Origin: Bacteroidales bacterium
Lineage (GTDB): Bacteria; Bacteroidota; Bacteroidia; Bacteroidales; VadinHA17
Length of the DNA stretch: 64,000 nt
Direction: 5' to 3'
NCBI GenBank assembly: GCA_963668715.1
Contig: OY764960.1
Coordinates: 3,953,438 to 4,017,437 of the forward strand
In this document: positions 24,935 to 34,962 of the stretch, piece after piece
Numbering within the stretch: the first letter of the stretch is position 1
Layout of the letters: each line of letters begins with the position of its first letter
Notes under the pieces: generated by a model
What the model saw: the letters and a program-made list of their open reading frames with translations, nothing else
Database searches by the model: none
What the model was told of the DNA's origin: nothing
Position numbers and translations under genes: made by a program

Positions 24935-25630
24935 CTAATTTAATTTTCCTACAGGACAAACAGAGACGCATATTCCGCATACTGACAAATCGGAATTTAA
25001 AATGGTTTTGGCCAGTTCCCTGCATTTGTCCCTGCATTTATGCGGATTGAAAAAGTAATCCCTGTCGGTATGGATATCCCATAAGCTGCCTGTTGCCGCG
25101 CCTGCCGGACAACTGACAACACACTTATCGCAATTGCCGCATCTGCTTTTTTCTACCGGAGACCCTGATACCGGAAGAGGATAATCTGTCAAGAGGCTGA
25201 CTAATCTTAATCTCGGCCCGAACCTTTTCGATATAAACAGGTCCGTTTTACCTATCCAGCCCAAACCGGCACGCGTGGCAATCATCTTGTGCGAGACAGG
25301 CGTCCGCAAGGTTGTATTGTAATATTTATCCGTAATATCAGAATCATTTATTGTAGGTTCAATAATCCTGCATGTATATCCCATGCCGGATATCTGATTC
25401 CCAATATTATGTATCAAAGCAGACAACTCGCTGTTCATTGCCCTGTAATGATTTAAATATTCAAGTGTGGGGCCGCCGGCAATAGCATCTACTATCCTGT
25501 TATCCAGTTGTCTGCCTATAACAATACCATACCTTAATGAAGAGCCGGCTATTAATCCTTCCATATCTGCAAAGCCGGTGATATAATCATCAGAGCTGCC
25601 TGTACAGTTTTGAATTATCTTTTCAATCAT
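24935..25630 (-). CDS. Epoxyqueuosine reductase (QueG)-like 4Fe-4S protein
   Basis: 'SHKMIATRAGLGWIGK...FGPRLRL' and CxxCxxCxxxCP plus a second Cys cluster. Confidence 0.85.
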   Translation of the reverse strand: MIEKIIQNCTGSSDDYITGFADMEGLIAGSSLRYGIVIGRQLDNRIVDAIAGGPTLEYLNHYRAMNSELSALIHNIGNQISGMGYTCRIIEPTINDSDITDKYYNTTLRTPVSHKMIATRAGLGWIGKTDLFISKRFGPRLRLVSLLTDYPLPVSGSPVEKSRCGNCDKCVVSCPAGAATGSLWDIHTDRDYFFNPHKCRDKCRELAKTILNSDLSVCGICVSVCPVGKLN

Positions 25631-25702
25631 TTCCCGGAATGTTCCTTTTACATCACACAAGTAGGTCTCCCGGCGATTCAGAGAGTCTCATGTGCATTTA
25701 TT

Positions 25703-26431
25703 TCATCCTACAGTTACATTAAACAGATACCCTACCAAAGCAGTAAATCCCATAGCGACAGTGCCCCAGAATGTTATTCTTATTACTGCCTTAGATATGC
25801 CTGAACCTCCTGCTTTAGCTGCTAAAGCACCTAAAATGATCAGAAAGAAAATGGAGGATCCATACAGATAATATTCCATGCCTTTCAAGGGCAGAAACAG
25901 GGAAACTAATAAAGGCAGGATCCCTCCTACTGTAAAGGAAGCGCCGGAAGCAAAAGCAGCCTGAATCGGATTTGCCCGGTTTATTTCATTAATCCCCAAT
26001 TCATCCCTGACATGTGCACTTAAGGCATCTTTCTCCGTTAATTCTTTTGCTACCAGGAGAGCAGTCTCTTTCTTCAAACCTCTTCTTTCATAAATCTCCG
26101 ATAATCGTTGTAACTCTATGTCAGGCATTTCTATTAATTCCTGCCTTTCTCTCTCAATATCAGCTTTCTCTATATCCGTCTGAGAACTCACAGATACGTA
26201 TTCCCCCGCTGCCATCGACAAAGCTCCTGCCACCAGTCCTGCTATGGCTGCCAGCATAACCGCTTCCCTGGTATCGCTGGCAGCAGCCACACCAATCGCA
26301 ATACTTGCTGTTGATAAGATCCCATCATTTGCTCCCAGTACAGCCGCTCTCAGCCAGTTACTGCGGGTAATGAAATGAGGGCTCAAATAGTCATCCAGAG
26401 GGTCCGTATTTTCTTCCGTTTTTTTAGTCAT
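25703..26431 (-). CDS. VIT1/CCC1-family iron/manganese transporter
   Basis: 'WLRAAVLGANDGI', 'SMAAGEYVSVSSQ'. Confidence 0.95.
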   Translation of the reverse strand: MTKKTEENTDPLDDYLSPHFITRSNWLRAAVLGANDGILSTASIAIGVAAASDTREAVMLAAIAGLVAGALSMAAGEYVSVSSQTDIEKADIERERQELIEMPDIELQRLSEIYERRGLKKETALLVAKELTEKDALSAHVRDELGINEINRANPIQAAFASGASFTVGGILPLLVSLFLPLKGMEYYLYGSSIFFLIILGALAAKAGGSGISKAVIRITFWGTVAMGFTALVGYLFNVTVG

Positions 26432-26528
26432 GATTATATCATCATTAATGTATTATTTCTATCTGGCGATAACTTTCAACCAGCGGCAAGCATCTTCAGG
26501 CGCACAACGTATTTCCCGTGACATAATG

Positions 26529-26876
26529 CTACTGATATTTGCCATACGCATTTTTCCAGTTATCAGCTATCTCAAAAAACTTCTCATATCCGTTTTCTTT
26601 TATGAAATAAACCGCTTCTTTATACTTTTTATACTTATATCCATTCTTTGAATACCATTCACCTATAATCTTACATGATCCCAATTCAGAACAATCCGCA
26701 CATGTATCAAGATTCCTGTCTCTAAAACAGCATAATTTTATTTTACATTTTGCTTTATCAATATCCCGTTCACCTGTATCAAAACCGATCTTACAGCCTT
26801 TACATGCCCCGTCAATAAATGGCTTGCATGTCTTACAGTATGCACCGCAACATCCGGCATAACGGTTTGGATTCAT
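26529..26876 (-). CDS. DUF3795-like Cys-rich protein
   Basis: CGAYCKTC...CKGC...CKIKLCC...CADC...C pattern. Confidence 0.8.
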   Translation of the reverse strand: MNPNRYAGCCGAYCKTCKPFIDGACKGCKIGFDTGERDIDKAKCKIKLCCFRDRNLDTCADCSELGSCKIIGEWYSKNGYKYKKYKEAVYFIKENGYEKFFEIADNWKNAYGKYQ

Positions 26877-26943
26877 GATAAACTTCTCTTTTTCATTATG
26901 TTCCGGAAAATATACCGTATAACAGTTCGCATGTATGCGCCCG

Positions 26944-27765
26944 TTAGTCCTGGTATTTGATTTTTCTTTTGTATGTATTATTTAATTTCTTATTTGACAA
27001 CCCGCCGTCATCTTTTAAAACTACATCATATTCTTTTCTGACAATCCAATTTCCAAAACTATCATATTTATATTCAAATATACGGCAGTTATTCCCATTT
27101 AATGGAATAAGAGCCTTATCTCCAAATTTATTATACTTCGTTCCCGGGTTTTTATCACTTATAAGTCTGAGAGTTTCAGATCCGGGTCTCCTGGCGCTTT
27201 CGATGGTATATATATATTCATTATTCTTATAATCATACTTTGCTCCTTCCACACCAACTATATGACCAGTTGAATCTTTAATAACCATTTTTACCGGATT
27301 GCCATGATCGTCAGATGTGATCGTATAAGTTAAAAAGATCGTGTTGTCAGATCTTCGACTAACGATGGAGCTTAAAATATTATTGTTATAGCAATAATTT
27401 ATGGTGTCTGTCAGGAGTTTCCCATCGGGCGTTGTCATATACTTAATTATTCTCTTAGGTTGATAACGTTCATTAAGAAAGATATCTCTGTTGAGTAGCA
27501 GATCTCCATAAGAATCCTGCTTTTCATTGAATATGAAATTGTCTGAGTCACATTTCAATTGATAAGATAATCTGGAACCACCGGTCGAAAGGGTACAATT
27601 AATTTTTGAAACTCTTTTATCTCTTAGTTCTAAATAATCAAATTTATTATTAATAAGCCGGGGGATTGTTGGTTCATCAGTTTTCACATTAAAAAGAGTG
27701 ACAGGTTGCCCGAATACAGTTGCTGTGGATAAGACCAACAGACAGTATAATATATATTTCTTCAT
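26944..27765 (-). CDS. Hypothetical secreted protein
   Basis: Signal peptide MKKYILYCLLVLSTATVFG; 'EYKYDSFGNWI' motif. Confidence 0.75.
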   Translation of the reverse strand: MKKYILYCLLVLSTATVFGQPVTLFNVKTDEPTIPRLINNKFDYLELRDKRVSKINCTLSTGGSRLSYQLKCDSDNFIFNEKQDSYGDLLLNRDIFLNERYQPKRIIKYMTTPDGKLLTDTINYCYNNNILSSIVSRRSDNTIFLTYTITSDDHGNPVKMVIKDSTGHIVGVEGAKYDYKNNEYIYTIESARRPGSETLRLISDKNPGTKYNKFGDKALIPLNGNNCRIFEYKYDSFGNWIVRKEYDVVLKDDGGLSNKKLNNTYKRKIKYQD

Positions 27766-27831
27766 ATGAATAATAATTGATAGTTAATCATTTGCCTGAC
27801 AGCCGGCACTTCAACGGGCGCAGGGCCCTTA

Positions 27832-28737
27832 TTAAAGCCAGCTTACGCTTCTCAGGTTTCTTTTTATTCCCCTTTGATACCTGTACCTGGGGTATCCTAT
27901 TATCAATGATGTTATTACCTCCCTGTCTTCCTGAATACCGAACATCTTCCGCAGTTCTTTATCCTTATTGACAGCAGGTGGGATAATATCCATAACAGAG
28001 CCTCCCAGCCCGAGAGAATGTGATGCCAGCATTCCGTATGTCGCAGCAATTGAAATATCCTGGCTTATGTCTTCCCCGTTTTTATCCGCAATAAACAGTA
28101 TCATTGCGGGAGCATTACGGGCGAGTGTGTCTTCCGTTCCGTCTTTTAAAGCAGGCAGCCTGCTTATTAACAAAGGAATCAGATGTTCCTGCATTGTCCT
28201 GAACTTCTTATCTCCCACCTCTCTTTTTATAAAAAATCTGAATACAGGCTTTTTCATCATTCTTACCAGACTGTCATATAAACGTATCATATAAGGCAAT
28301 GACTCTCTGATAAGCTCAGTATTTTCAACAACAATGATCTCTGTCTTTAACGGAGGAAAGCCCGGAGGTGCAAATGTGACAGCCTCAACAATCTTCTCAA
28401 GTAATGCTTTTGGAACGGGTTTATCCTTAAAGTTACGTACAGCCCTCCTGGAACGGATCAGTTCAAAAAAAGGTTTAGCCAGATTGCCTGGCTCATATAC
28501 AGGTAATTCCAAAAAATCAGTTTCATATGACAGTCCGTCAATAGTAATTGACTTTGTCCGGCAAACAGCCATGCAATGCCCGCATTTGAAGCAAAGACCG
28601 ACCCTTTCGGAGATGAATGTTGTTTCGCTTGAATCATTAACGGTCAATATTTTATTAGGACAGACTTCTGTGCATAGCCTGCATTTACTACATGTTAACT
28701 GGTCAATACGGATAGTATCTTCCATAGTATCTGTCAT
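27832..28737 (-). CDS. Nitroreductase-family protein with an N-terminal 4Fe-4S ferredoxin domain
   Basis: Two CxxCxxCxxxC clusters; 'SRRAVRNF' FMN motif; start taken at MTDTMED. Confidence 0.9.
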   Translation of the reverse strand: MTDTMEDTIRIDQLTCSKCRLCTEVCPNKILTVNDSSETTFISERVGLCFKCGHCMAVCRTKSITIDGLSYETDFLELPVYEPGNLAKPFFELIRSRRAVRNFKDKPVPKALLEKIVEAVTFAPPGFPPLKTEIIVVENTELIRESLPYMIRLYDSLVRMMKKPVFRFFIKREVGDKKFRTMQEHLIPLLISRLPALKDGTEDTLARNAPAMILFIADKNGEDISQDISIAATYGMLASHSLGLGGSVMDIIPPAVNKDKELRKMFGIQEDREVITSLIIGYPRYRYQRGIKRNLRSVSWL

Positions 28738-28879
28738 CGGGTAATTACTTGTAACGGTCCGTACAAGATACATGTTTAAGACAAACCTGCAAGCGATGAA
28801 CAGATAAATGTGCAGTTTCAACAAATAATTATTTCACCACTGTGAATCAGTGACAAATGACAAGTGACAGTGACAAACA

Positions 28880-28918
28880 AAAGTAAACGGCCAGGATGAA
28901 TCCCGGCCGTTTACCTTT
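28880..28918. terminator. Intrinsic terminator hairpin
   Basis: GTAAACGGCC / GGCCGTTTAC stem with A/T tracts. Confidence 0.65.
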
Positions 28919-28994
28919 AGTCGTTTGAAGTAATCATTCCGTATTCTTTGAGAATACTCAAAGAAGTAATGCTATTTCATATTGCCCGGTGATA

Positions 28995-29351
28995 CTATTT
29001 TGAACTTAAGCGGGCAATCAGGAAATACACCAGGAAGCCAAGCGAAACAGCTATTAGCTCAATTCCGACAGACATATAAGATTCGAAAATACGGCTATAG
29101 CTATTAATAATGTCGCTCTTACTTAAGAACGCTATAACCAGGAGGCCCAGTCCTGCAAACAGGGCTACAAGTCCCCATTTCAGAGTAGGATAACTGCTCT
29201 CCTCTTTATTCTTTGGCGCGGTATTCAATATTTCCGTTTTATCGACATTCCCGGTATTGATGAGCTTTCTCTTTAACAGATAATCTGTAAAAATCTTTAT
29301 CAGATAATAAATACCTCCAAAAACAACCAGTGTTATTAATGCATCTTCCAT
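28995..29351 (-). CDS. DUF6249-like membrane protein
   Basis: Three TM segments, 'LKWGLVALFAGLGL'; divergent from the ECF sigma gene. Confidence 0.75.
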   Translation of the reverse strand: MEDALITLVVFGGIYYLIKIFTDYLLKRKLINTGNVDKTEILNTAPKNKEESSYPTLKWGLVALFAGLGLLVIAFLSKSDIINSYSRIFESYMSVGIELIAVSLGFLVYFLIARLSSK

Positions 29352-29474
29352 AATTGATAATTATTTAATTATTACAGCCAATAAGTCGTTATAAATTCAT
29401 AAATGTTGCAGAAATATTATTTTTTTTCGTCATTGTGAAACATTTTATCCGTTTATAAGACTAATTTGCTGTAG

Positions 29475-30056
29475 ATGGATGATAAGACACTAATAGATAA
29501 AATCAATAAGGGTGATCTGTCAGCTATCAGGTTCATGGTGGAAGAATACAAGAATCTGGTCTGGCATATAATCATCACAGTGTCCGGACAAAACAGCGAC
29601 AGCGAGGATCTGTTCCAGGAGGTATTTCTAAGGGTTTTCAAGGGGATCAGGTCCTTCAGGTCTGACTCGCGCCTGTCGACCTGGATAGGTTCTATTGCTC
29701 ATCATGTATGTGTCGATTATCTCCGGAAAAAGAAAAAGATGACTAATTTTCAAAACAGTGAATCTGATCAAAATATTGCTTCCGGCCTTACCTGGGATAA
29801 AAGCTGGGAAATACCTGAAAACAAAGACCTTAATCAGATAATAATTGAAACTATCGACAGATTGCCGGCCGATTATCGTACTGCTGTAACATTGTATCAT
29901 CTTGATGAATATTCATACCGGGAGATATCTGAAATAACCGGTATGCCTGAAGGTACTGTTAAGAGTCATATCAGCCGGGGAAGGATCATGTTGCGAAAAA
30001 TGCTGACTGCAATTGTTCCGGATTTAACGGAAATACTTGATGATTTTAACGGATAA
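29475..30056 (+). CDS. ECF (sigma-70 group 4) sigma factor
   Basis: Region 2 'EDLFQEVFLRVF...LSTWI' and region 4 'SYREISEITGMPEGTVKSHISRGR'. Confidence 0.95.
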   Translation: MDDKTLIDKINKGDLSAIRFMVEEYKNLVWHIIITVSGQNSDSEDLFQEVFLRVFKGIRSFRSDSRLSTWIGSIAHHVCVDYLRKKKKMTNFQNSESDQNIASGLTWDKSWEIPENKDLNQIIIETIDRLPADYRTAVTLYHLDEYSYREISEITGMPEGTVKSHISRGRIMLRKMLTAIVPDLTEILDDFNG

Positions 30057-30072
30057 CGAATAATTTTGTGAA

Positions 30073-30441
30073 ATGACAACAGATAAAACAAATAACATCA
30101 AGCCGGACAGACTGATACGTAGTGCTCTTGAATCGGATATTAAATTAACAATCCCTCCCGGCTTATCTGACAGTATCATACGTAAGCTGGAGAAAAGAGT
30201 TATCCTGCGAAATTTAATCCTTGAGTTAAGCTATAAAGCCGGGTTGGTACTTGCCAGTATAGCTATACTGACCACTATTTTTGTATTGTTCAACGGCAAC
30301 AGCGTCCTTGACGGACTGCTTGCTCACCTGTCCGATAATTACCGGATAGTCCTTCCTCTGCTGTCCGCCGGCATTATTACCATTCTCATTGACCAGATCG
30401 GGCTAAAGTTCTATCAGACATCAGGGAAGGAACATGTCTGA
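30073..30441 (+). CDS. Putative membrane anti-sigma factor
   Basis: Directly follows the ECF sigma gene; two C-terminal TM helices. Confidence 0.65.
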   Translation: MTTDKTNNIKPDRLIRSALESDIKLTIPPGLSDSIIRKLEKRVILRNLILELSYKAGLVLASIAILTTIFVLFNGNSVLDGLLAHLSDNYRIVLPLLSAGIITILIDQIGLKFYQTSGKEHV

Positions 30442-30710
30442 TGGAATAATGGAATAATGGAATAATGGAGTACTGGAATACTGGAATACTGGAATACTGG
30501 AATACTGGAGTACTGGAGTACTGGAGTACTGGAGTACTGGAGTACTGGAGTACTGGAGTACTGGAGTACTGGAGTACTGGAATACTGGAATACTGGAATA
30601 CTGGAATACTGGAATACTGGAATACTGGAATACTGGAATACTGGAATACTGGAACACTGGAATACTGGAATACTGGAATACTGGAATACTGGAACACTGG
30701 AATACTGGAA
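30442..30710. repeat. 8-bp tandem array 1 (TGGAATAC; variants TGGAGTAC, TGGAACAC, TGGAATAA), about 33 units
   Basis: Read directly from the sequence. Confidence 0.98.
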
Positions 30711-30715
30711 GAATT

Positions 30716-30910
30716 GAACCGAGGAGCCTGATCCCGGGGCTTCCGGGAGAAAGTGACGAACTCGCGAGTCCCGAATCTGCGATTCGAGCCTGCCTGCCGG
30801 CAGGCAGGCAGGCTCGAAAAAGCCAAGGCTTTTTCGGGACGGAAGGTGATTGTGGTCAGTGGGGGCGAGCAATGATGGAATACCTGATCATATTTACTGA
30901 ATGTTACAAA
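30716..30910 (+). repeat. Conserved non-coding module following array 1, with a nested CCTGCCTGCCGGCAGGCAGG palindrome
   Basis: GAACCGAGGAGCCTGAT...GTGACGA.CTCGCGAGT...GGTGATT.TGGT.AGTGGGGGCGAG shared with 34034-34130 and, inverted, with 41084-41205. Confidence 0.85.
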
Positions 30911-30932
30911 TTGAAATATAGTGGGGCTTTTT

Positions 30933-31532
30933 TTATTTCGTTTCAATTAAAGACAATATCTGGTCAACCGATTTGTTACACAGGTCTAGTGATTCCGAAA
31001 TACTTTCAAACACCAGTATGGCGTCAATAACAGCTCCGTCAATCAGTATTCCAATATGGTAACTCAACAAATCAACATCAATATCCTGAGATATCTGTCT
31101 TTCTTTTTGGGCGTTATTAAAAATATCACGAAATACTTCTATCAACCTTTCGAAATATCCTATACTCTTTTTCTTCAGATCTTCATTATTAGGATATTCT
31201 GCAAGAATATTGATATAATTCAAAGTTTCCTCTCTGGATATAGTCTCACTAATGCGTTGAAAAGGCTCAAAGACTGCATAGATAAGCATTCTCATCTTTT
31301 CATTCAGAGTCAGGTCAGGATTTTGTACAATCTCGTCAAATTGCCTGTAATTTTTAAAGAAAAAATCATCAATTGTATCGATAAATAACTCTCCTTTTCT
31401 TTTAAAATGATGATAAAATGCTCCTTTTGAAGTGTTTGCCTGTTCGATAATTTCATTTATACCAACAGAATATCCCTTTTGCAGAAATAAGCGCAAGGCA
31501 GTTTCTTTTATCCTTTTTTTGGTATCATTCAT
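30933..31532 (-). CDS. TetR/AcrR-family regulator
   Basis: HTH 'LFLQKGYSVGINEIIEQANTSKGAFYHHF'. Confidence 0.95.
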   Translation of the reverse strand: MNDTKKRIKETALRLFLQKGYSVGINEIIEQANTSKGAFYHHFKRKGELFIDTIDDFFFKNYRQFDEIVQNPDLTLNEKMRMLIYAVFEPFQRISETISREETLNYINILAEYPNNEDLKKKSIGYFERLIEVFRDIFNNAQKERQISQDIDVDLLSYHIGILIDGAVIDAILVFESISESLDLCNKSVDQILSLIETK

Positions 31533-31590
31533 CTGTAATCTATGTAAATAAATTGAATTGGCATTTCAGGGCTTAAAATTATACTATTAT

Positions 31591-33015
31591 TTAAACTGCA
31601 TATTCCTTATCCCATACTTTTTGTGTTACTTTATGTAACTCTTCATCATATTTTAGCATATTCCTATAATATTCATCATCAAGCAGTATTTCGTCAGCTA
31701 TACTGTCAGCACCTTTTGTTCCAGGTACAATGATATTCTTTCTGAAATTATCGTAATGGTCACGTATTGAACATGGCATCAGCAGATTATCAGACGTCTT
31801 CCTGTCTTTAAGCTGTGTTTCGTACTGCCATTTACGCCCTTTTACCATCATAGGTGCATTAAGCACATCAAGTAATCTTTTATTGTTGGCATACAACCTG
31901 TTTACATTATCGATGACATACGGAACAAAGACACAAGGCATAATATTTCCATTCCAGTCGATATAGAAATAACCGCCATTACGACCATAAGCTATACAAC
32001 CGTTGGTAAGCATACCCCCATTCCAGAAATCGGCCATGGGATATTTCTTTTTTTCGAGCAGGTTTTCCCATTTACGGAAAAGTTCCAAACGCGATTTGGG
32101 ATCGGGCACATTTTCGAAAGCCGATTTACCGCGTCCTATCGGCATTAACTGGAACTGCCACATGAAGGTTGCACCAATTTCATCAAAACAGTATTCATAA
32201 AACTCATCCGAAAGCAAAATGTCGACATTTTGTTTTGTCGCGGTTAAAGATAATATGAAAGGTACGCCGTATTTCTTAAGATTATCAGTAGCACTGATAA
32301 TTCTTTTGAATACGCCTTTACCCCTACGCCTGTCAGTCTCACTTTCATAGCCCTCAATCGATATAGCAGGTAAGGCATTACCTGCTTCCAGAAGGCGAAG
32401 CGCCGTCTTATCATCGATAAGTGTGCCATTCGTATAAAACATGAAGAGCATATCCTGATGTTTTTCAAAAATATCGAACAATGTTTTATCTCCATCTTTG
32501 TACATTAACGGCTCTCCACCGCTTATCACAATAAACCGCCCGACAGCATCGTCCCAAAATTCTTTTACCATTTTATCAAACACTTCAAACGATAAATAAG
32601 GTGTTGTTTTTTTGTCGCTGCATGCATAACAATCCGCACAATTCAGATTGCACCGCTGTGTCGGCGATATAACAAGGAAACTGGGAGGCTGTGTTCCATA
32701 ATTTTTCTCATATTCCCGTATTTTCCGCCGGTAAGCGTCCCTGTCAGCATGAAAAGCTCCTTCTATAAGGACATATATCAATCTATCCAGTACTTTTTTC
32801 GATATATAGCCCTTATTAAAATTAATGATTGTACGACGAAAAAGGGAATCGACCCATTGATACTTCCGCATCTTAACCAGGTGTATTTCGTTGTCCACAT
32901 CCAAAACAATAGATTTGTATAACCTCCTGCCAAGCCTTTTTAGCAGGATTTCCCTGCCAAGCCTGGAATCAACAATCGACTGAGTAGTTTTTACCAAATA
33001 AGTTATGTTATTCAT
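31591..33015 (-). CDS. Radical SAM protein with a C-terminal SPASM/Twitch-like region
   Basis: CNLNCADC, 'ISGGEPL', 'FYTNGTL', 'GCIAYGR...YIDWNGNIMPCVF'. Confidence 0.9.
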   Translation of the reverse strand: MNNITYLVKTTQSIVDSRLGREILLKRLGRRLYKSIVLDVDNEIHLVKMRKYQWVDSLFRRTIINFNKGYISKKVLDRLIYVLIEGAFHADRDAYRRKIREYEKNYGTQPPSFLVISPTQRCNLNCADCYACSDKKTTPYLSFEVFDKMVKEFWDDAVGRFIVISGGEPLMYKDGDKTLFDIFEKHQDMLFMFYTNGTLIDDKTALRLLEAGNALPAISIEGYESETDRRRGKGVFKRIISATDNLKKYGVPFILSLTATKQNVDILLSDEFYEYCFDEIGATFMWQFQLMPIGRGKSAFENVPDPKSRLELFRKWENLLEKKKYPMADFWNGGMLTNGCIAYGRNGGYFYIDWNGNIMPCVFVPYVIDNVNRLYANNKRLLDVLNAPMMVKGRKWQYETQLKDRKTSDNLLMPCSIRDHYDNFRKNIIVPGTKGADSIADEILLDDEYYRNMLKYDEELHKVTQKVWDKEYAV

Positions 33016-33048
33016 GATTTTATTTTGTTATGTTATTATTTCGACCAG

Positions 33049-33062
33049 ACAGACCGGTCTGT
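33049..33062. promoter_or_regulatory. Candidate TetR operator, perfect 14-bp palindrome ACAGACCGGTCTGT
   Basis: Perfect palindrome 34 bp upstream of the radical SAM start; a TetR gene lies in the same unit. Confidence 0.55.
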
Positions 33063-33145
33063 ATATACAAAATAAATAAAAACATCACAAATTAACAGCT
33101 GAAAATCAAAATATTTTACAGATTGCTGATTAAGAGGTGGTTGTA

Positions 33146-34036
33146 TAATACTGGAATACTGGAATACTGGAATACTGGAATACTGGAATACTGGAATACT
33201 GGAATACTGGAATACTGGAATACTGGAATACTGGAGTACTGGAGTACTGGAATACTGGAATACTGGAATACTGGAATACTGGAGTACTGGAGTACTGGAG
33301 TACTGGAATACTGGAATACTGGAATACTGGAATACTGGAGTACTGGAGTACTGGAGTACTGGAATACTGGAATACTGGAATACTGGAATACTGGAATACT
33401 GGAATACTGGAGTACTGGAGTACTGGAATACTGGAATACTGGAATACTGGAATACTGGAGTACTGGAGTACTGGAGTACTGGAATACTGGAATACTGGAA
33501 TACTGGAATACTGGAATACTGGAATACTGGAATACTGGAATACTGGAATACTGGAATACTGGAATACTGGAATACTGGAATACTGGAATACTGGAGTACT
33601 GGAATACTGGAGTACTGGAGTACTGGAGTACTGGAGCACTGGAATACTGGAATACTGGAGTACTGGAGTACTGGAGTACTGGAGTACTGGAGTACTGGAG
33701 TACTGGAGTACTGGAGTACTGGAGCACTGGAGTACTGGAATACTGGAATACTGGAGTACTGGAATACTGGAGTACTGGAGTACTGGAGTACTGGAGTACT
33801 GGAGTACTGGAGTACTGGAATACTGGAATACTGGAATACTGGAGTACTGGAGTACTGGAATACTGGAATACTGGAGTACTGGAATACTGGAATACTGGAA
33901 TACTGGAATACTGGAATACTGGAATACTGGAGTACTGGAATACTGGAATACTGGAATACTGGAATACTGGAATACTGGAGTACTGGAGTACTGGAATACT
34001 GGAATACTGGAGCACTGGAGCACTGAAATAATGGAA
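33146..34036. repeat. 8-bp tandem array 2 (TGGA[A/G]TAC), about 110 units with higher-order periodicity
   Basis: Read directly; 33301-33360 is identical to 33421-33480. Confidence 0.98.
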
Positions 34037-34130
34037 CCGAGGAGCCTGATTCCGAGGCTTCGGGAGAAGGTGACGAGCTCGCGAGTGGCAGGTGATTATG
34101 GTTAGTGGGGGCGAGTAATGATGTAATGAT
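34034..34130 (+). repeat. Conserved non-coding module, copy 2, following array 2
   Basis: Homologous to 30716-30890, without the nested palindrome. Confidence 0.85.
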
Positions 34131-34307
34131 GGAATGATAGTAAGTAGAAGGGATCAGGGATTAAGCACGGATCTGGAGATCCGCGCCAGCAAATAGGATA
34201 AGGGATTAGGCGGAGGGCGGAAGGGTTTAGATGATTGATAATGAATTTAATGAGACGAAAGACAAACCCTTCGACGAGCCTCAGGCGGGCGACTAAAGAC
34301 GAAATAT

Positions 34308-34883
34308 TCAAAAAATAAAATCAAATCTTATTTCCGGGTTTCCGTAAATCTCATACTCATCGGGTGTAACGGCCCACAGAAAGGAGATATTGACAGATGA
34401 CCGCATTCCCAGTCCCTGACTGATACCCAGTCCCGCAAGACCCGTATGTTCCCAGAACCGTGATCTGCCGGAATAACCCAGCCAGAAATCCGATCTCAGG
34501 CTAAGGGCTTCGTATTCTCCCTGCACATAGAAACCCAGTTTCATACCCAGGGGAATGAACTGGCTGATATCATTGATAAAATAAAACCTCATGTATGTCC
34601 TGCCTCCGTAGATATCAGTATTAGTATACTGGTTACGAAAATACTGATATTTGGGGCCGGCAGCCACGGCAAGTCTCGGCAGGAGCCAGAACCCGGCAAC
34701 AGGCGACACTTCCAGGTTGGTAACAGTACCGAACTGTAAACCGAAACTACCACCGTAGAAAAGCCTTTCTGCAAAAGGAGGGGCTTCAGTCCTTCGCCCG
34801 TCACGCTGTGCATTCAGGGGATGACCACACAGAACTGTCAGCGTTAAAATTGCTATTATATAATGTTTTGATAAACCGGACAT
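34308..34883 (-). CDS. Outer-membrane beta-barrel-like protein
   Basis: Signal peptide from MSGLSKHY; alternating aromatic/Gly strands; terminal Phe. Confidence 0.75.
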   Translation of the reverse strand: MSGLSKHYIIAILTLTVLCGHPLNAQRDGRRTEAPPFAERLFYGGSFGLQFGTVTNLEVSPVAGFWLLPRLAVAAGPKYQYFRNQYTNTDIYGGRTYMRFYFINDISQFIPLGMKLGFYVQGEYEALSLRSDFWLGYSGRSRFWEHTGLAGLGISQGLGMRSSVNISFLWAVTPDEYEIYGNPEIRFDFIF

Positions 34884-34962
34884 TTCTCTGCAGGGCAAAA
34901 TAATTTTTAAATTTGCATGCAATAATACGAAATTTGGATAAATAAACGGAAACACAAGGCGT

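Noticed and set aside
26915-26950. GTATAAC-N9-GTATG, resembling a cassette half-site between two - strand genes
   Set aside because: The spacer is 9 nt, there is no partner arm and no matching cassette end; too weak to extend the array beyond 24,532, though decayed cassettes at 24.9-28.8 kb cannot be excluded.
33116-34031. ~300-aa ORFs (EYWNTGIL and QYSSIPVF repeats) next to a radical SAM gene, tempting as a Trp-rich RiPP precursor
   Set aside because: The 8-bp unit has no stop codon in any frame on either strand, so long ORFs are automatic; all frames give the same cyclic peptide and there is no leader-like region. The same applies to 30386-30946.
30442-34036. 8-bp arrays as CRISPR or iterons
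   Set aside because: No spacers and no rep gene; they are simple tandem repeats.
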